The notes: a model not told the origin generated them from the sequence alone. A stretch of DNA of 64,000 nucleotides from Lishizhenia tianjinensis (GCA_945902115.1 CAMDLY010000003.1:14029-78028); one strand, 5' to 3'. Positions 18,652 through 31,466 are shown, numbered from the stretch's first letter. Numbers and translations are program-made.

Positions 18652-21647
18652 GGAAACTACTATTTGGGCTTTTTTTATTTCAACTTCAACTTGTATTTAG
18701 CCAGGTTCCTGTAATTCAGCAAGTAAGTGATAAAGCAGAGGAAACCTTTGGTAAGGTCAAGAATATAGCCCCCAAATTTACGCCAACGAAATGGGTCAAT
18801 CCATTTATTGGAACAGGAGGGCATGGACATACTTTTCCGGGGGCCACTGCCCCATTTGGTATGATTCAATTGAGTCCAGACACAAGACATGAAGGCTGGG
18901 ATGGTTGTTCAGGTTATCATTACAGCGATTCAATTATTTATGGATTTTCACATACACATTTAAGTGGCACAGGAGTTCCTGATTATTGTGATTTATTAGT
19001 TCTTCCGACAACGAAAAAAGGACAGAGACAGCCGGGTTATTTAAAGCCAAAAACCGGTTATGGGGCCACTTTTAAACATAAAAAGGAAAAAGCAAGCCCA
19101 GGAATTTATTCGGTTTTCTTGGATGAAGAACAAATTGAAGTTCGATTGACAGCCGGGCAGAGAGCAGCTATCCACGAGTATACCTTTCCTGAAAGTGCAA
19201 AAACGAAATGTGTGATCATAGACTTAGAGCATAGAGATAAACTTTTGAAGGGAGGAATAGTTGTTGATGAAAAAAAGAAGAATATTCTTGAAGGTTCGAG
19301 AATTTCATCCTCTTGGGCAAGTGAGCAGCATTTCTATTTTTCAATACTGTTTAGTACTTCTTACACGAAAATCAAGAAACTGAAAGGCACGCGCTACGCC
19401 TTATATTTCCCAAAAGAAACTAAGAAATTGTATTTGTGTGTGGGTATCTCGTCCGTTGATATCGAAGGTGCTAGAAAAAATATTGAAGCGGAAAACAACA
19501 TAGAAACAGTTGATTTTTCCGAAAAATTCATTCGTACCTACCAAAAAACGATGCTCTCTTGGAACAAGGAACTGTCTGCAATTAAAATCACTTCCGACGA
19601 TAAAGATGTGTTGACAAATTTTTATACTTCTCTGTATCACGCTTATTTAGCTCCAAATATTTTTTCGGATGCAGATGGTAGGTATCGGGGTAGAGATAAC
19701 AAAATTCACCAATTGGATAATGATACGCAGTATACTGTTTTTTCTTTATGGGACACCTATAGAGCTAATCACCCTCTATTCACAATTACCCAGCAAGACA
19801 AAACAAATGCATTCATTCGTACTTTCCTCCGTCAATTTGACGAGGGGGGTGATTTACCCGTTTGGGAGCTAGCAGCTAACGAGACTGAATGCATGATCGG
19901 ATACCACGCAGTAAGCGTTATATCCGATGCCTACACGAAGGGATTGAGAGATTTTGATGCGAAGAAAGCTTTAGGTGCTATGCACTACACGTCCAGTCTC
20001 AATGAATATGGAAAAAACCATTTTCAAGAAAATGGTTTCATTAGTTTAGACCAAGAACCAGAATCTGTTTCCAAAACCTTAGAATATGCCTACGATGAAT
20101 TTTGTATCACTGAAATGGCTAAAGCAATGGGAGTTGACAGTATAGAAAAGTCACACCTGAATGCGAGTTTTAACTTCATCAATATTTTCGATCCGACAAG
20201 TAAATTCATGCGTGCACGACGTCAAGCGCAATGGTACAGTCCATTTTCTCCGAATGAGGTTAATTTTAATTACACGGAGGCGAATAGCTGGCAATATTCT
20301 CTTTATGCGCCTCAACATATTGCAACGCTCAGAAATTTGATCGGTGGTCCAGATTCCCTAGAAAATTGGCTTGATAGATTATTTAATACTCCCTCCGACT
20401 TGAGCGGAAGAGAGCAAGCAGACATTACAGGTTTAATAGGTCAATATGCACACGGAAATGAACCTTCGCATCACATGGCGTACTTATACAACTATACAAA
20501 TTCCCCTTACAAAACGCAATTATATGCAGATAAAATATTGAAGGAGATGTATTTAAATACTCCCGATGGCTTATCTGGAAACGAGGATTGTGGGCAAATG
20601 AGTGCATGGTACGTCTTAAGTTCTCTTGGTCTCTACCCTATTGCTCCAGGAAAACCTATCTACGATATCGGAAGACCTCTAGTGAATGAAGCTACAATAA
20701 CTTTAGAGAACGGTAAAACATTCCAATTGAAGACGTATAATAACTCAGGTGAAAACAAATATATCCAACAGATAAAATGGAATGGTAACTCGCTAGGTAA
20801 ATTACAATTCCCTCACGAACAACTCATCAACGGCGGATTACTTGAAATTGAAATGGGTAATACCCCCAATAAAAATATTTTGGGTAATCTAGACGAGGAG
20901 AAAATACCAAATTCACTTGTTCCGCAACCTTTTGTAATTACGGAAGAACGCGTATTCGAAAATGAATTGAAAGTTAGCCTAGGGTACGTAAAACTTTCTA
21001 CTGAAGACGAGTATTTCTTATTTTACTCTTTCGACTCATTGGATTGGTTAATTTATGAGAAACCTTTTATCATTAACAAAACATGCTCAATCCAAGTCAA
21101 ACTTCAGCGGCGCTCTGTCGATAGAAAGGTTAGTCATAGCAAAAGTGTAACTGCGTCATTCAGAAAAAAAAAGACAGGTATTAAGCTTGTTCTTCAAACA
21201 CCTTATGCCAATCAATATGCTGCGTCGGGAGCCAATGCATTAATTGATGAAATAACAGGGGCTAAAGAATTTCGAAATGGCGAATGGCAAGGTTTCCTGG
21301 GAAATGACATTAGGGCAGAAGTACTATTTGATTCCATACAATACTTCAGTCAATTTGGAGTTTCCGCAATCCGTGACCAGAAATCATGGATATTCTATCC
21401 CAGTCAGATTGACGTTGAAGTTTCGAGTGATGGAATAACATTCAGGAAACTGAAACCTCTCAAGATCCAAAAAGCTGAGCCTTCAGAGAAAAACCCTGAG
21501 AAAAACGAGTTTCTAATAATTTTGAATAACCCTATTCCAATAAAAGCTATCCGTTACAATATTAATAACCCAGGGGTATGTCCTGCTTGGCATCTTGGTT
21601 ATGGAAATAAAACGTGGCTATTTCTTGATGAACTGATTTTCAAGTGA
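18648..21647 (+). CDS. GH92-family alpha-mannosidase with a C-terminal discoidin-like domain
   Basis: 999 aa with a signal peptide. GH92 hallmarks NPFIGTGGHGHTFPGATAPFGMIQLSPDT and HGNEPSHHMAYLY are present. Confidence 0.85.
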   Translation: MRKLLFGLFLFQLQLVFSQVPVIQQVSDKAEETFGKVKNIAPKFTPTKWVNPFIGTGGHGHTFPGATAPFGMIQLSPDTRHEGWDGCSGYHYSDSIIYGFSHTHLSGTGVPDYCDLLVLPTTKKGQRQPGYLKPKTGYGATFKHKKEKASPGIYSVFLDEEQIEVRLTAGQRAAIHEYTFPESAKTKCVIIDLEHRDKLLKGGIVVDEKKKNILEGSRISSSWASEQHFYFSILFSTSYTKIKKLKGTRYALYFPKETKKLYLCVGISSVDIEGARKNIEAENNIETVDFSEKFIRTYQKTMLSWNKELSAIKITSDDKDVLTNFYTSLYHAYLAPNIFSDADGRYRGRDNKIHQLDNDTQYTVFSLWDTYRANHPLFTITQQDKTNAFIRTFLRQFDEGGDLPVWELAANETECMIGYHAVSVISDAYTKGLRDFDAKKALGAMHYTSSLNEYGKNHFQENGFISLDQEPESVSKTLEYAYDEFCITEMAKAMGVDSIEKSHLNASFNFINIFDPTSKFMRARRQAQWYSPFSPNEVNFNYTEANSWQYSLYAPQHIATLRNLIGGPDSLENWLDRLFNTPSDLSGREQADITGLIGQYAHGNEPSHHMAYLYNYTNSPYKTQLYADKILKEMYLNTPDGLSGNEDCGQMSAWYVLSSLGLYPIAPGKPIYDIGRPLVNEATITLENGKTFQLKTYNNSGENKYIQQIKWNGNSLGKLQFPHEQLINGGLLEIEMGNTPNKNILGNLDEEKIPNSLVPQPFVITEERVFENELKVSLGYVKLSTEDEYFLFYSFDSLDWLIYEKPFIINKTCSIQVKLQRRSVDRKVSHSKSVTASFRKKKTGIKLVLQTPYANQYAASGANALIDEITGAKEFRNGEWQGFLGNDIRAEVLFDSIQYFSQFGVSAIRDQKSWIFYPSQIDVEVSSDGITFRKLKPLKIQKAEPSEKNPEKNEFLIILNNPIPIKAIRYNINNPGVCPAWHLGYGNKTWLFLDELIFK

Positions 21648-21835
21648 TTGATAATCTCGCTAATTTCTGCTCATAAGAATTTAGGGCCTCATTTAAAGCT
21701 AATTACTTTTTTGAAATCAAGGTTAATTCTCCAAAATCATTGAATAGCAAATGAAGTAAATTGGTATAAAAAACGTTTAAAAAATATATTTTCCATTTAT
21801 TTTCGGTATTTTCGGCTTCCAAAATTATACTTATT

Positions 21836-23983
21836 ATGACAAGAATGAAAAGTACTATTGTAGCCTTTATGTTGTTTATTGGCTTTTTTGTCCGTGCCGA
21901 TGAAGGCATGTGGTTTTTGATGTTTATTGATCGCTTGAACCATCGTGACATGCAGAAAATGGGTTTACAGTTGAGCGCAGAAGAAATATACAGTATTAAC
22001 AACAGTAGCTTGAAAGATGCTATAGTTCAATTTAATGGCGGATGCACAGCAGAGTTGATTTCAAAAGACGGATTAATCTTAACAAATCACCATTGTGGTT
22101 ACGATGCCATTGCTGAACTATCTAGCCCAGAAAATGATTACCTAACTAATGGATGGTGGGCAAAAACGAAAGCGGATGAAATGAAGCCGAAGTCGCTGTT
22201 CGTGCGCTTTTTTGTACGAATGGACGACTGTACAAAGAGAATCCTATCGAAACTCAATGATAATATGTCCGAGGCAGAGAGAGATAAAACTATCAAGGAA
22301 GAAACGAATGCTATAGAAAAAGAGAACAGTGAAGGAGGTAAATACGTTGTTTCTGTTCGTTCCTTTTTTCAAGGAAACGAGTATTATTTCTTCGTGTACC
22401 AGGACTTTAAAGATGTACGTTTGGTAGGAACACCTCCGAGCAGTATTGGAAAGTTTGGCGGTGATACCGACAATTGGGAATGGCCTAGACACACGGGAGA
22501 CTTCTCCATGTTTCGCGTATACGGAGATGCAAATGGTCAACCAGCAGAATATGCAAAAGAAAATGTACCCTTAAAACCCCGTCACCACTTACCGGTTAAC
22601 CTGAAAGGAATTAAAGAAGGAGAATTCGCTATGATTTTAGGCTATCCCGGAAGAACGAATCGTTGGCTTCCTGCAGGAGGAATTGATCAAAATGTAAAAT
22701 TCGCATATCCTGCTTGGGTTGAAGCATCTAAGACATCAATGGATGCCATGAAAAAATATATGGATAAAGACGATGCAGTTCGATTAAATTATGCCTCAAA
22801 ATATGCAGGAATTGCTAATTACTGGAAAAACCGTCAAGGTATGATTGATGCATTAACAGAATTCAATACGGCAAAATCAAAAGCTGTCAATGAAGCCAAA
22901 TTTAATAAATGGGCAAACAAAAAAGAGAATAAGGATAAATACGGTAGAGTAGTAGAAACCATCAATACTTATTATTCTGCCACGAATGAAAAATCGCGTC
23001 ACGACAATTACCTTCAAATTATGTTCAGAGGATCTGAGTATGCCAGAATAGCACGAACATTGGGCGCTCAATTAGAAGCTTACGCCGCAGCTGACCGTGA
23101 TAAAAGAATACAAATGTACGATGGCGTGTCCAATGCTGTAGACGATTTTTTTTCCACTACCTATTTGGCTGCAGAACGAGATATTCTAGTTGATGGATTG
23201 AATCTTTATGCTTCAAAGGCAGGTTATAAATTAGTTCCAACAATTGAAGATATTTATACAAGAAATAATAACTCAATGGCAAGTTATGTAGATGCCATTT
23301 TCGAAACATCTATTTTAACTTCTTCTAAAAAAGTAAAGGCTTTTTTAGAATTTCCTTCAGTGGATCAATTGAAAAATGATCCTTTAATGAAACTTTCGGG
23401 AGACATGATTGCTCATATCAATCAACGTTCCGAGGAATCAACCAAACTTCAAAATGATTTTACAAAGTCTTATCGCCAACTTGTAGATGGGATGAGGATG
23501 TCAGGTTTAAGTCCTATCACTTACCCTGATGCAAATAGCACCCTAAGATTGACTTACGGAAAAGTGAGTGCTTTACCTGCGGATAAAAGAAATGATGCCA
23601 AAGTAAACTACTATACAACACTTCAAGGCACTATCAAGAAATATAAGCCAAAGGATGAGGAGTTTGACTTACCAAAACGTTTAATTGAGTTAAACGATAA
23701 AAAAGATTTTGGAGAATATGCCGATAAAGCAGGGTATATGCCCGTAAATTTTTTAACGGATAATGACATCACTGGCGGAAATTCTGGCTCACCTGTATTG
23801 AATGGAAAAGGTGAACTGATCGGACTAGCATTCGACGGAAATATCGAAGCAATGGCAGGAGACGTTATTTTCGATTCAAAACTTCAGAAAACCATCAATG
23901 TGGATATTCGCTATGTATTGTTTATCATTGATAAATATGCTGGTGCAAAACACATAGTTGACGAGATGACAATTATACGCTAA
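21836..23983 (+). CDS. S46-family dipeptidyl-peptidase (DPP7/DPP11-like)
   Basis: 715 aa with the N-terminal ADEGMWF motif after the signal peptide. The catalytic serine motif is GGNSGSPVLNGKGELIGLAFDGN. Confidence 0.85.
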   Translation: MTRMKSTIVAFMLFIGFFVRADEGMWFLMFIDRLNHRDMQKMGLQLSAEEIYSINNSSLKDAIVQFNGGCTAELISKDGLILTNHHCGYDAIAELSSPENDYLTNGWWAKTKADEMKPKSLFVRFFVRMDDCTKRILSKLNDNMSEAERDKTIKEETNAIEKENSEGGKYVVSVRSFFQGNEYYFFVYQDFKDVRLVGTPPSSIGKFGGDTDNWEWPRHTGDFSMFRVYGDANGQPAEYAKENVPLKPRHHLPVNLKGIKEGEFAMILGYPGRTNRWLPAGGIDQNVKFAYPAWVEASKTSMDAMKKYMDKDDAVRLNYASKYAGIANYWKNRQGMIDALTEFNTAKSKAVNEAKFNKWANKKENKDKYGRVVETINTYYSATNEKSRHDNYLQIMFRGSEYARIARTLGAQLEAYAAADRDKRIQMYDGVSNAVDDFFSTTYLAAERDILVDGLNLYASKAGYKLVPTIEDIYTRNNNSMASYVDAIFETSILTSSKKVKAFLEFPSVDQLKNDPLMKLSGDMIAHINQRSEESTKLQNDFTKSYRQLVDGMRMSGLSPITYPDANSTLRLTYGKVSALPADKRNDAKVNYYTTLQGTIKKYKPKDEEFDLPKRLIELNDKKDFGEYADKAGYMPVNFLTDNDITGGNSGSPVLNGKGELIGLAFDGNIEAMAGDVIFDSKLQKTINVDIRYVLFIIDKYAGAKHIVDEMTIIR

Positions 23984-23986
23984 CTG

Positions 23987-24012
23987 AAAGGCTCATAAGA
24001 GCCTTTTTTTTT
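23987..24012 (+). terminator. intrinsic terminator after the S46 peptidase gene
   Basis: AAAGGCTC-ATAA-GAGCCTTT hairpin followed by a T run. Confidence 0.75.
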
Positions 24013-24015
24013 GAT

Positions 24016-24360
24016 ATGAACTATATATTATACGATGGCGAATGTATTCGCTGTAACAAGTTTGCTTCTTTTGTAAAAAAAAGAAGTAACAACGAAGAAT
24101 TACAACTTGTTCCGCTTACATCAACTTTGGGAAAATCTTTGTTAGCTACTCATAATTTACCCGAGAATTATGAGGAATCCGTGGTGCTTGTACAAAACAA
24201 TTCTTGTTACACTCACTCAACGGCGGTCCTTCGCGTTGTGATAGCTTTGAAAAAATGGTGGTATGTCGCCTATTTGGGATTTTTAGTACCGAAATTTATT
24301 CGCGAATTTGTTTACAACCGTATTGCCAAAAGCAGAAAAAAAATGTCCTGTGAATTATAA
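24016..24360 (+). CDS. thiol-disulfide oxidoreductase DCC-family (DUF393) protein
   Basis: 114 aa with the N-terminal motif YDGECIRCNKF. Confidence 0.6.
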   Translation: MNYILYDGECIRCNKFASFVKKRSNNEELQLVPLTSTLGKSLLATHNLPENYEESVVLVQNNSCYTHSTAVLRVVIALKKWWYVAYLGFLVPKFIREFVYNRIAKSRKKMSCEL

Positions 24361-24444
24361 GTTCGTGAGTAAAAATTGTTCATAAAATCAACTTAATTCC
24401 TTAAAAAATAAAATTTGCTAGACCAATACTTAAAATCAATGTAT

Positions 24445-24452
24445 TAACTTTG
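24445..24452 (+). promoter_or_regulatory. -7 promoter box TAACTTTG upstream of pyrG
   Basis: Exact TAnnTTTG match, 24 nt upstream of the pyrG ATG. Confidence 0.45.
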
Positions 24453-24473
24453 CCTCCCGTAGTTACATTATAA

Positions 24474-26093
<1,620 letters not shown>

Positions 26094-26095
26094 AA

Positions 26096-27943
26096 ATGGA
26101 TCGTAATACATTAACTGGACTTGTTATAATTGGATTACTTCTCGTTGGATTGTCGTTGTACAACCAATATGAACAAACTGAACAAGCCGAAAAAGAGCAG
26201 CAAGAGCAGCTAGAATTAGCTAAAAATAAACCTAAACAAACAACGACAAGTAATAAACAAGTCGTAGCTGACACCTTAAAAAAGGCAATCTCACCAACCC
26301 CGGAAACTATTGTAAAAACGGTAAAAGTTGGAAAATTAGTGAGGAAAGAAACAGATAAATTCATTATCGATTTCAATACAAAAGGCGGAACAGTAGCTGC
26401 CGTTTACTTAAAAAATTACCTGAACTACGATGATTTTAAGGAAAGCAAGTCTTCTCCGATGTGTTTATTTAAGAGCGGTGATCATAACAACACGTTATCA
26501 TTTCCCTACGGTAAGAATCAATTCTATGCTACGGACTCTGTTTGGAATGTCGTATCGGAGTCTTCATCAAATATTGTGTTCGAACTGAGTTTTCCCGATG
26601 GCAAAGTACGTCAAGTATATTCACTAAAAAATGGAAATTTTGATTTAAATTACGACATACAGTTGACGGGATTACCTTCTGTCGCGAGAGGAAATGTCAA
26701 TCTAATATGGGGAGCATCGTTTTTAAGGACAGAACGACTCTTTTCTGAGCAAAGAAGAGTTACGACGATCTGTTTTGATCAAACTGAGGAGGGATTTGAT
26801 TACCTCAGTGAAACGAGCGAAGACTACCTTGAAGTGGAGGACGATATCAATTGGGTGGCATACAAACAGAGTTACTTCTCCTCTATACTGAAACCTTCAA
26901 AGCCCTTTTTAAAGAGCGGTACTAACTTTAAAGTTGAACTTTATGGAGAAGGCCATGCTAGAGAATTTTCCCATTTAAAAGAATTTCAGTCAAAGTTGAA
27001 TTTAAATTTTGAAAATGATAAAGCATCGTTTAACTGGTATTTTGGACCCAATGATTATAATGTTCTTTCTTCATACGATAATGGTTACGATGATATTTTA
27101 AATTTTGGTTGGGGATTATTCCGTTGGATTAATATTTATGCCGTTCAACCTATATTTAAATTACTCGTTAACGCCTCCTTCGGTATAGGTATAGCGATAC
27201 TTTTGCTGACATTTATTTTGAAACTGCTATTGATGCCTATTCAATGGAAAATGTTTGTCTCTTCTGTAAAAATGAAAATCTTACGGCCAGAAATTGATGC
27301 GCTTAATGCAAAATTCCCAAATAAAGAAGATGCCACGAAGAAACAAATGGAAATGATGGGTTTATACCGGGATTCAGGAGCCAGTCCTTTGGCCGGTTGT
27401 TTACCGATGTTGATTCAGATGCCGATTTTATTAGCTGTTTTTCGATTTTTTCCAGCAGCTTTTGAATTGAGACAACAACCTTTTCTTTGGGCTGAAGATT
27501 TATCATCTTACGACTCCATCTTAGATTTAGGTTTCAAAATTCCTTTATATGGGGATCATGTTTCTCTTTTTACCTTGTTAATGGCTGCTACTACCCTAGT
27601 GTACACGTTTATGAACAGTGGGAACATGCAACAACCAACGCAACCAGGTATGCCAAATATGAAGGTTATCATGTATATATTTCCCATCTTGATGATTTTC
27701 TTTTTTAACGAATATTCGGCAGGTCTGAGTTATTACTATTTTATTTCTACACTCGTTTCTATTCTCATCATGGTACTCATCAAACGATTCTTTGTAGATG
27801 AGGATAAGCTGAAACTAAAGATGGATGAACGGAAAGCGAAAGCCTCAAACACTGACGGTACAAGAAAAAAATCCAAATTCCAGGAAAAACTTGAAGAAAT
27901 GCAACGTAAACAGCAAGAAATATCAAAGAATAAAAAACGTTAA
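26096..27943 (+). CDS. yidC: membrane protein insertase YidC
   Basis: 615 aa with a large periplasmic domain and then the Oxa1-like core ([16 protein letters not shown]). The C-terminal tail is basic. Confidence 0.9.
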   Translation: MDRNTLTGLVIIGLLLVGLSLYNQYEQTEQAEKEQQEQLELAKNKPKQTTTSNKQVVADTLKKAISPTPETIVKTVKVGKLVRKETDKFIIDFNTKGGTVAAVYLKNYLNYDDFKESKSSPMCLFKSGDHNNTLSFPYGKNQFYATDSVWNVVSESSSNIVFELSFPDGKVRQVYSLKNGNFDLNYDIQLTGLPSVARGNVNLIWGASFLRTERLFSEQRRVTTICFDQTEEGFDYLSETSEDYLEVEDDINWVAYKQSYFSSILKPSKPFLKSGTNFKVELYGEGHAREFSHLKEFQSKLNLNFENDKASFNWYFGPNDYNVLSSYDNGYDDILNFGWGLFRWINIYAVQPIFKLLVNASFGIGIAILLLTFILKLLLMPIQWKMFVSSVKMKILRPEIDALNAKFPNKEDATKKQMEMMGLYRDSGASPLAGCLPMLIQMPILLAVFRFFPAAFELRQQPFLWAEDLSSYDSILDLGFKIPLYGDHVSLFTLLMAATTLVYTFMNSGNMQQPTQPGMPNMKVIMYIFPILMIFFFNEYSAGLSYYYFISTLVSILIMVLIKRFFVDEDKLKLKMDERKAKASNTDGTRKKSKFQEKLEEMQRKQQEISKNKKR

Positions 27944-27945
27944 TT

Positions 27946-28602
27946 ATGAAGTTTTTCATCGATACAGCAAATCTAAATGAGATAAAAGAGGCAAATGCGA
28001 TGGGCATTTTGGACGGAGTAACCACCAACCCGTCACTGATGGCCAAAGAAGGAATAACAGGCCCCTCAAATATCCTTCAGCACTATAGAGATATTTGCTC
28101 AATTGTGGATGGGCCTGTGAGCGCTGAGGTAATTGCAACGGAATACGAAGGAATGATTCGAGAAGGAGAAGAATTGGCAGCTTTGCATAAAAATATTGTG
28201 GTCAAAATCCCGATGATTATAGAGGGAATTAAAGCCCTTAGGTATTTCTCAAACAAGGGAATAAAAACCAATTGTACCTTGATTTTTTCTGCTGGTCAGG
28301 CTCTTTTAGCCGCGAAAGCAGGTGCTACATTCATTTCTCCGTTCGTTGGTAGATTAGATGATATCTCCACGGATGGCTTAGCTTTGATTGAACAGATCAG
28401 GACTATTTATGATAATTATGCGTTTGAAACGGAGATTCTCGCAGCATCTGTTCGTCACCCTATGCATATAGTGCACTGCGCTGAAATAGGTGCCGATGTG
28501 ATGACAGGACCTCTCAATGCCATCAAAGCGCTTGCGAAGCATCCATTAACGGATATAGGTCTACAACAATTTTTGGCAGATTTCGATAAAGGAAACAAAT
28601 AA
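27946..28602 (+). CDS. tal: fructose-6-phosphate aldolase / transaldolase (short type)
   Basis: 218 aa with [23 protein letters not shown] and the Schiff-base lysine context VVKIP. Confidence 0.9.
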   Translation: MKFFIDTANLNEIKEANAMGILDGVTTNPSLMAKEGITGPSNILQHYRDICSIVDGPVSAEVIATEYEGMIREGEELAALHKNIVVKIPMIIEGIKALRYFSNKGIKTNCTLIFSAGQALLAAKAGATFISPFVGRLDDISTDGLALIEQIRTIYDNYAFETEILAASVRHPMHIVHCAEIGADVMTGPLNAIKALAKHPLTDIGLQQFLADFDKGNK

Positions 28603-29066
28603 TGCTTTCGAAAGAGGAACGCAAATTACGAAATGAGGCGTTTTGGGATGGATTCAAACTCTCCATGAAGAAGAAAATGTCTTCAACTGGAAGAAGAGTA
28701 AATTGGACCAACTACCCAACAGATATCAAAAACTGCTACTTACGAATGATTTGTGATGGAAAAATTACCGCTGTCTGCTTTGACTTGCAATTCAAAGATG
28801 ACGGGGTTAGATCTATCGTTTGGGAACAACTCGAAGAGCTTAAAAAAGTTATGGAGGATCATATGAAGCACCCTACCCTATGGAAATATAACGTTGACGA
28901 GCCCGATGGTAAAAATTTTTCAAGAATTCAATGGGATATCTCAGAGCTCAATTTCTACCAAGATAATGATTGGCCGCTCATCTATGCATTTTTCAACTCT
29001 CGATTGACCGAATTTGATATGTTTTACCAGGAATTCAAGGATATACTTATTAATTTAGTGGAATAA
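28602..29066 (+). CDS. DUF4268-like protein (tentative)
   Basis: 154 aa ORF whose start overlaps the tal stop. The family assignment is from memory of its sequence character only. Confidence 0.4.
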   Translation: MLSKEERKLRNEAFWDGFKLSMKKKMSSTGRRVNWTNYPTDIKNCYLRMICDGKITAVCFDLQFKDDGVRSIVWEQLEELKKVMEDHMKHPTLWKYNVDEPDGKNFSRIQWDISELNFYQDNDWPLIYAFFNSRLTEFDMFYQEFKDILINLVE

Positions 29067-29082
29067 CAGTACCTTTGATGTC

Positions 29083-29889
29083 ATGAAAAAACTATTTTTA
29101 GTTGCTTTTGCTTTCGTCTGTAAAATCGTAATTGCTCAAACAACTTTATTGAATGTCGATTTCCAAACTGGTATTCCTGCCGCTTTTTCAATCGTTGATA
29201 AAGATGGAAATACACCAGACATTTCCATGACTGAATTTTTAGGGCAAAATGCATGGATAACACTTCCCGATCCCGATGATAACACAAACGTGGTGGCCTC
29301 TGCTACCTCCTATTTTTCGCCTATAGATACTGCTGATCGATGGTTGATCACCCCCGCTTTGAACCTTGGTGCTTTTGGAAATAAAGTTGGTTGGTCGGCG
29401 AAGTCACATGACCCCTCCTATCCCGATGATTACTTGGTTTTGGTATCACACACCGATGCTGAACCTTCAAGTTTTACCGATACGATAGGTAATATTGAAG
29501 AAGAGAATTTTGAATGGACCAATCGTTCAGTTGATTTATCCCAAAATGGATACGATGACAGCACAATATACATTGCATTCGTCTTGAGAACATTTGATGG
29601 TTTTATGCTTTATTTGGACGATTTCCTCGTCGAAAAAGATATAGACACCAACTCTACTGAAATGCTTTCGGCATTAAGCATAAATATTTATCCCAATCCT
29701 GTTTCCAAAATTTTAACTATTGATGGATTACCTGAGTCATTCAAAGGGGAAATAATATCGTTCAACAACCAGTTGGTAAGGAAATTTGATACCAAATCAA
29801 TTGATCTTGAAGACTTGTCCTCAGGAGTTTACTTTATTTTTATAAAATCTGATAATCAGTTAATTAAAGCACGTTTTATAAAAAACTAA
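29083..29889 (+). CDS. secreted protein with a T9SS C-terminal sorting domain
   Basis: 268 aa with a signal peptide. The C-terminal Por-type tail is INIYPNPVSKILTIDGL...LSSGVYFIFIKSDNQLIKARFIKN. Confidence 0.7.
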   Translation: MKKLFLVAFAFVCKIVIAQTTLLNVDFQTGIPAAFSIVDKDGNTPDISMTEFLGQNAWITLPDPDDNTNVVASATSYFSPIDTADRWLITPALNLGAFGNKVGWSAKSHDPSYPDDYLVLVSHTDAEPSSFTDTIGNIEEENFEWTNRSVDLSQNGYDDSTIYIAFVLRTFDGFMLYLDDFLVEKDIDTNSTEMLSALSINIYPNPVSKILTIDGLPESFKGEIISFNNQLVRKFDTKSIDLEDLSSGVYFIFIKSDNQLIKARFIKN

Positions 29890-29899
29890 ATGAAGTAAA

Positions 29900-30580
29900 T
29901 TGCTACAAGAAATTTACGATAAAGTCCGTGAAAAATTCTCATCTCTCGAGGGAAGTCATGATTGGTTTCACATAGAAAGAGTTTTACAAAATGCTAGATT
30001 AATTCAAGAAAAAGAAGGGGGTGATCTACTTATTATCGAACTCGGAGCTTTATTACACGACATTGCTGATCATAAGTTTCATGACAACGACTTCGAAATA
30101 GGTTCTAAAGTCGCCAAACGTTGGGTGATGGAGTTTTTTAACAACGAAGAATTAGCCTGTAAAATTGAAGAAATTGTTTCCGCTGTATCTTATAAAGGTG
30201 CCAACGTGAAAGATATTTCTCTTTCTCTAGAAGGAAAAATTGTCCGCGATGCAGATAGATTAGATGCCATTGGTGCTGTTGGCATTGCTCGAGCATTCGC
30301 CTATGGTGGTTCTAAACATCGTCCACTTTTTAATGAAAGAACAACGCCGGTGCTGCATAACTCAAAAGAAAGCTATGCTGCGAGTAAATCACATACAATA
30401 AACCATTTCTATGAGAAGCTTCTCCTCTTGGTAGATCGCATGGAAACAAATACGGCCAGAAGCATTGGTAATGAACGTCAGGTATTTATGCTCAACTTCC
30501 TTGAACAGTTTTTCAAAGAGGTAAATTTTTCAATCGAAGATTCGGTGTTCGACTTAACAAGTTTTCACGATCAACGGTGA
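29900..30580 (+). CDS. HD-domain phosphohydrolase
   Basis: 226 aa with the motifs LLHDIADHK and RDADRLDAIGA. The apparent start codon is TTG. Confidence 0.75.
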   Translation: MLQEIYDKVREKFSSLEGSHDWFHIERVLQNARLIQEKEGGDLLIIELGALLHDIADHKFHDNDFEIGSKVAKRWVMEFFNNEELACKIEEIVSAVSYKGANVKDISLSLEGKIVRDADRLDAIGAVGIARAFAYGGSKHRPLFNERTTPVLHNSKESYAASKSHTINHFYEKLLLLVDRMETNTARSIGNERQVFMLNFLEQFFKEVNFSIEDSVFDLTSFHDQR

Positions 30581-31466
30581 TTTTTTGAATAACTAGTGTA
30601 GCCTCCTTACTCTCAGGATACATAAACTCATGATTTAACAAACGGTGATATGCCTCTGCTTGTGTTGAGATTGCTGATACCTCTTCCGTGAAATATGTCT
30701 TTTTGAATTTATCCCAAATATATTCAACCGCCTCTTCACTAGGATGGCTTTTATCAATCTTTGAAAAGCGATAATCTCTTAACACATCCATAAAAATTTC
30801 GTAGGCAGGGAAATAAGTAATTGCTTTATCATTTTCTAAACATTCACAGAGTTGTATAAGCCGTGCTTTACTCCTATTATTATTGACTAATCCCTCTTTG
30901 AGATGTCTAACGGGACTCACTGTCACTATCACCTGAAGGTTAGGATTAACTATTTTTATGCGATCTATTGCGGATGTTACTTGCTGCCGCATTTCCTCAA
31001 TACTAGATATGATCTTTACGAAATTTGAGGCCGGCTGCTGGTGACAATTCGCCACAAATAATTGGTTTGGTAATTCGTATCCAATGGAAGTGCCAAACGT
31101 TAGAATTAAATGAGTAGCTTGTTTAAGTTGATTTTTGAGGACGTCACCCATTGTGCTTAATCTAGTCCTTAACTCTTCTTCACTCATCGCGTAAAGTTTT
31201 CCAGAGAAGGAATAATCCAAAAAAACATCGTCCTTTTTAGCTGAATTGAAGTTTCGGTCCCCTAAGGTAAAATGAATGACGTTAGCTATTGAAAAAGGAT
31301 GAAAAAGAGTACCGAATGGATTTACTTGAACATCAAAACCGGAAAGTGTTAATTTATTTCCTATCTCATCCGAAAAACAACTACCTAAGGTTACTATTGA
31401 AGATTGATAGTTGAATGAAATATTTTCTGGTGAAATATTGAGATCAATAAAAAATTTATCAGTCAT
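30513..31466 (-). CDS. GSCFA domain-containing protein
   Basis: 317 aa carrying the name-giving motif TLGSCFSDEIG. Confidence 0.8.
   Translation of the reverse strand: MTDKFFIDLNISPENISFNYQSSIVTLGSCFSDEIGNKLTLSGFDVQVNPFGTLFHPFSIANVIHFTLGDRNFNSAKKDDVFLDYSFSGKLYAMSEEELRTRLSTMGDVLKNQLKQATHLILTFGTSIGYELPNQLFVANCHQQPASNFVKIISSIEEMRQQVTSAIDRIKIVNPNLQVIVTVSPVRHLKEGLVNNNRSKARLIQLCECLENDKAITYFPAYEIFMDVLRDYRFSKIDKSHPSEEAVEYIWDKFKKTYFTEEVSAISTQAEAYHRLLNHEFMYPESKEATLVIQKITVDRENLLSRTPNLRLKNLPL

Noticed and set aside
21703-22002. A 99-aa minus-strand ORF overlapping the S46 peptidase start
   Set aside because: It is antisense to the signal-peptide region of a well-supported gene and has no motifs.
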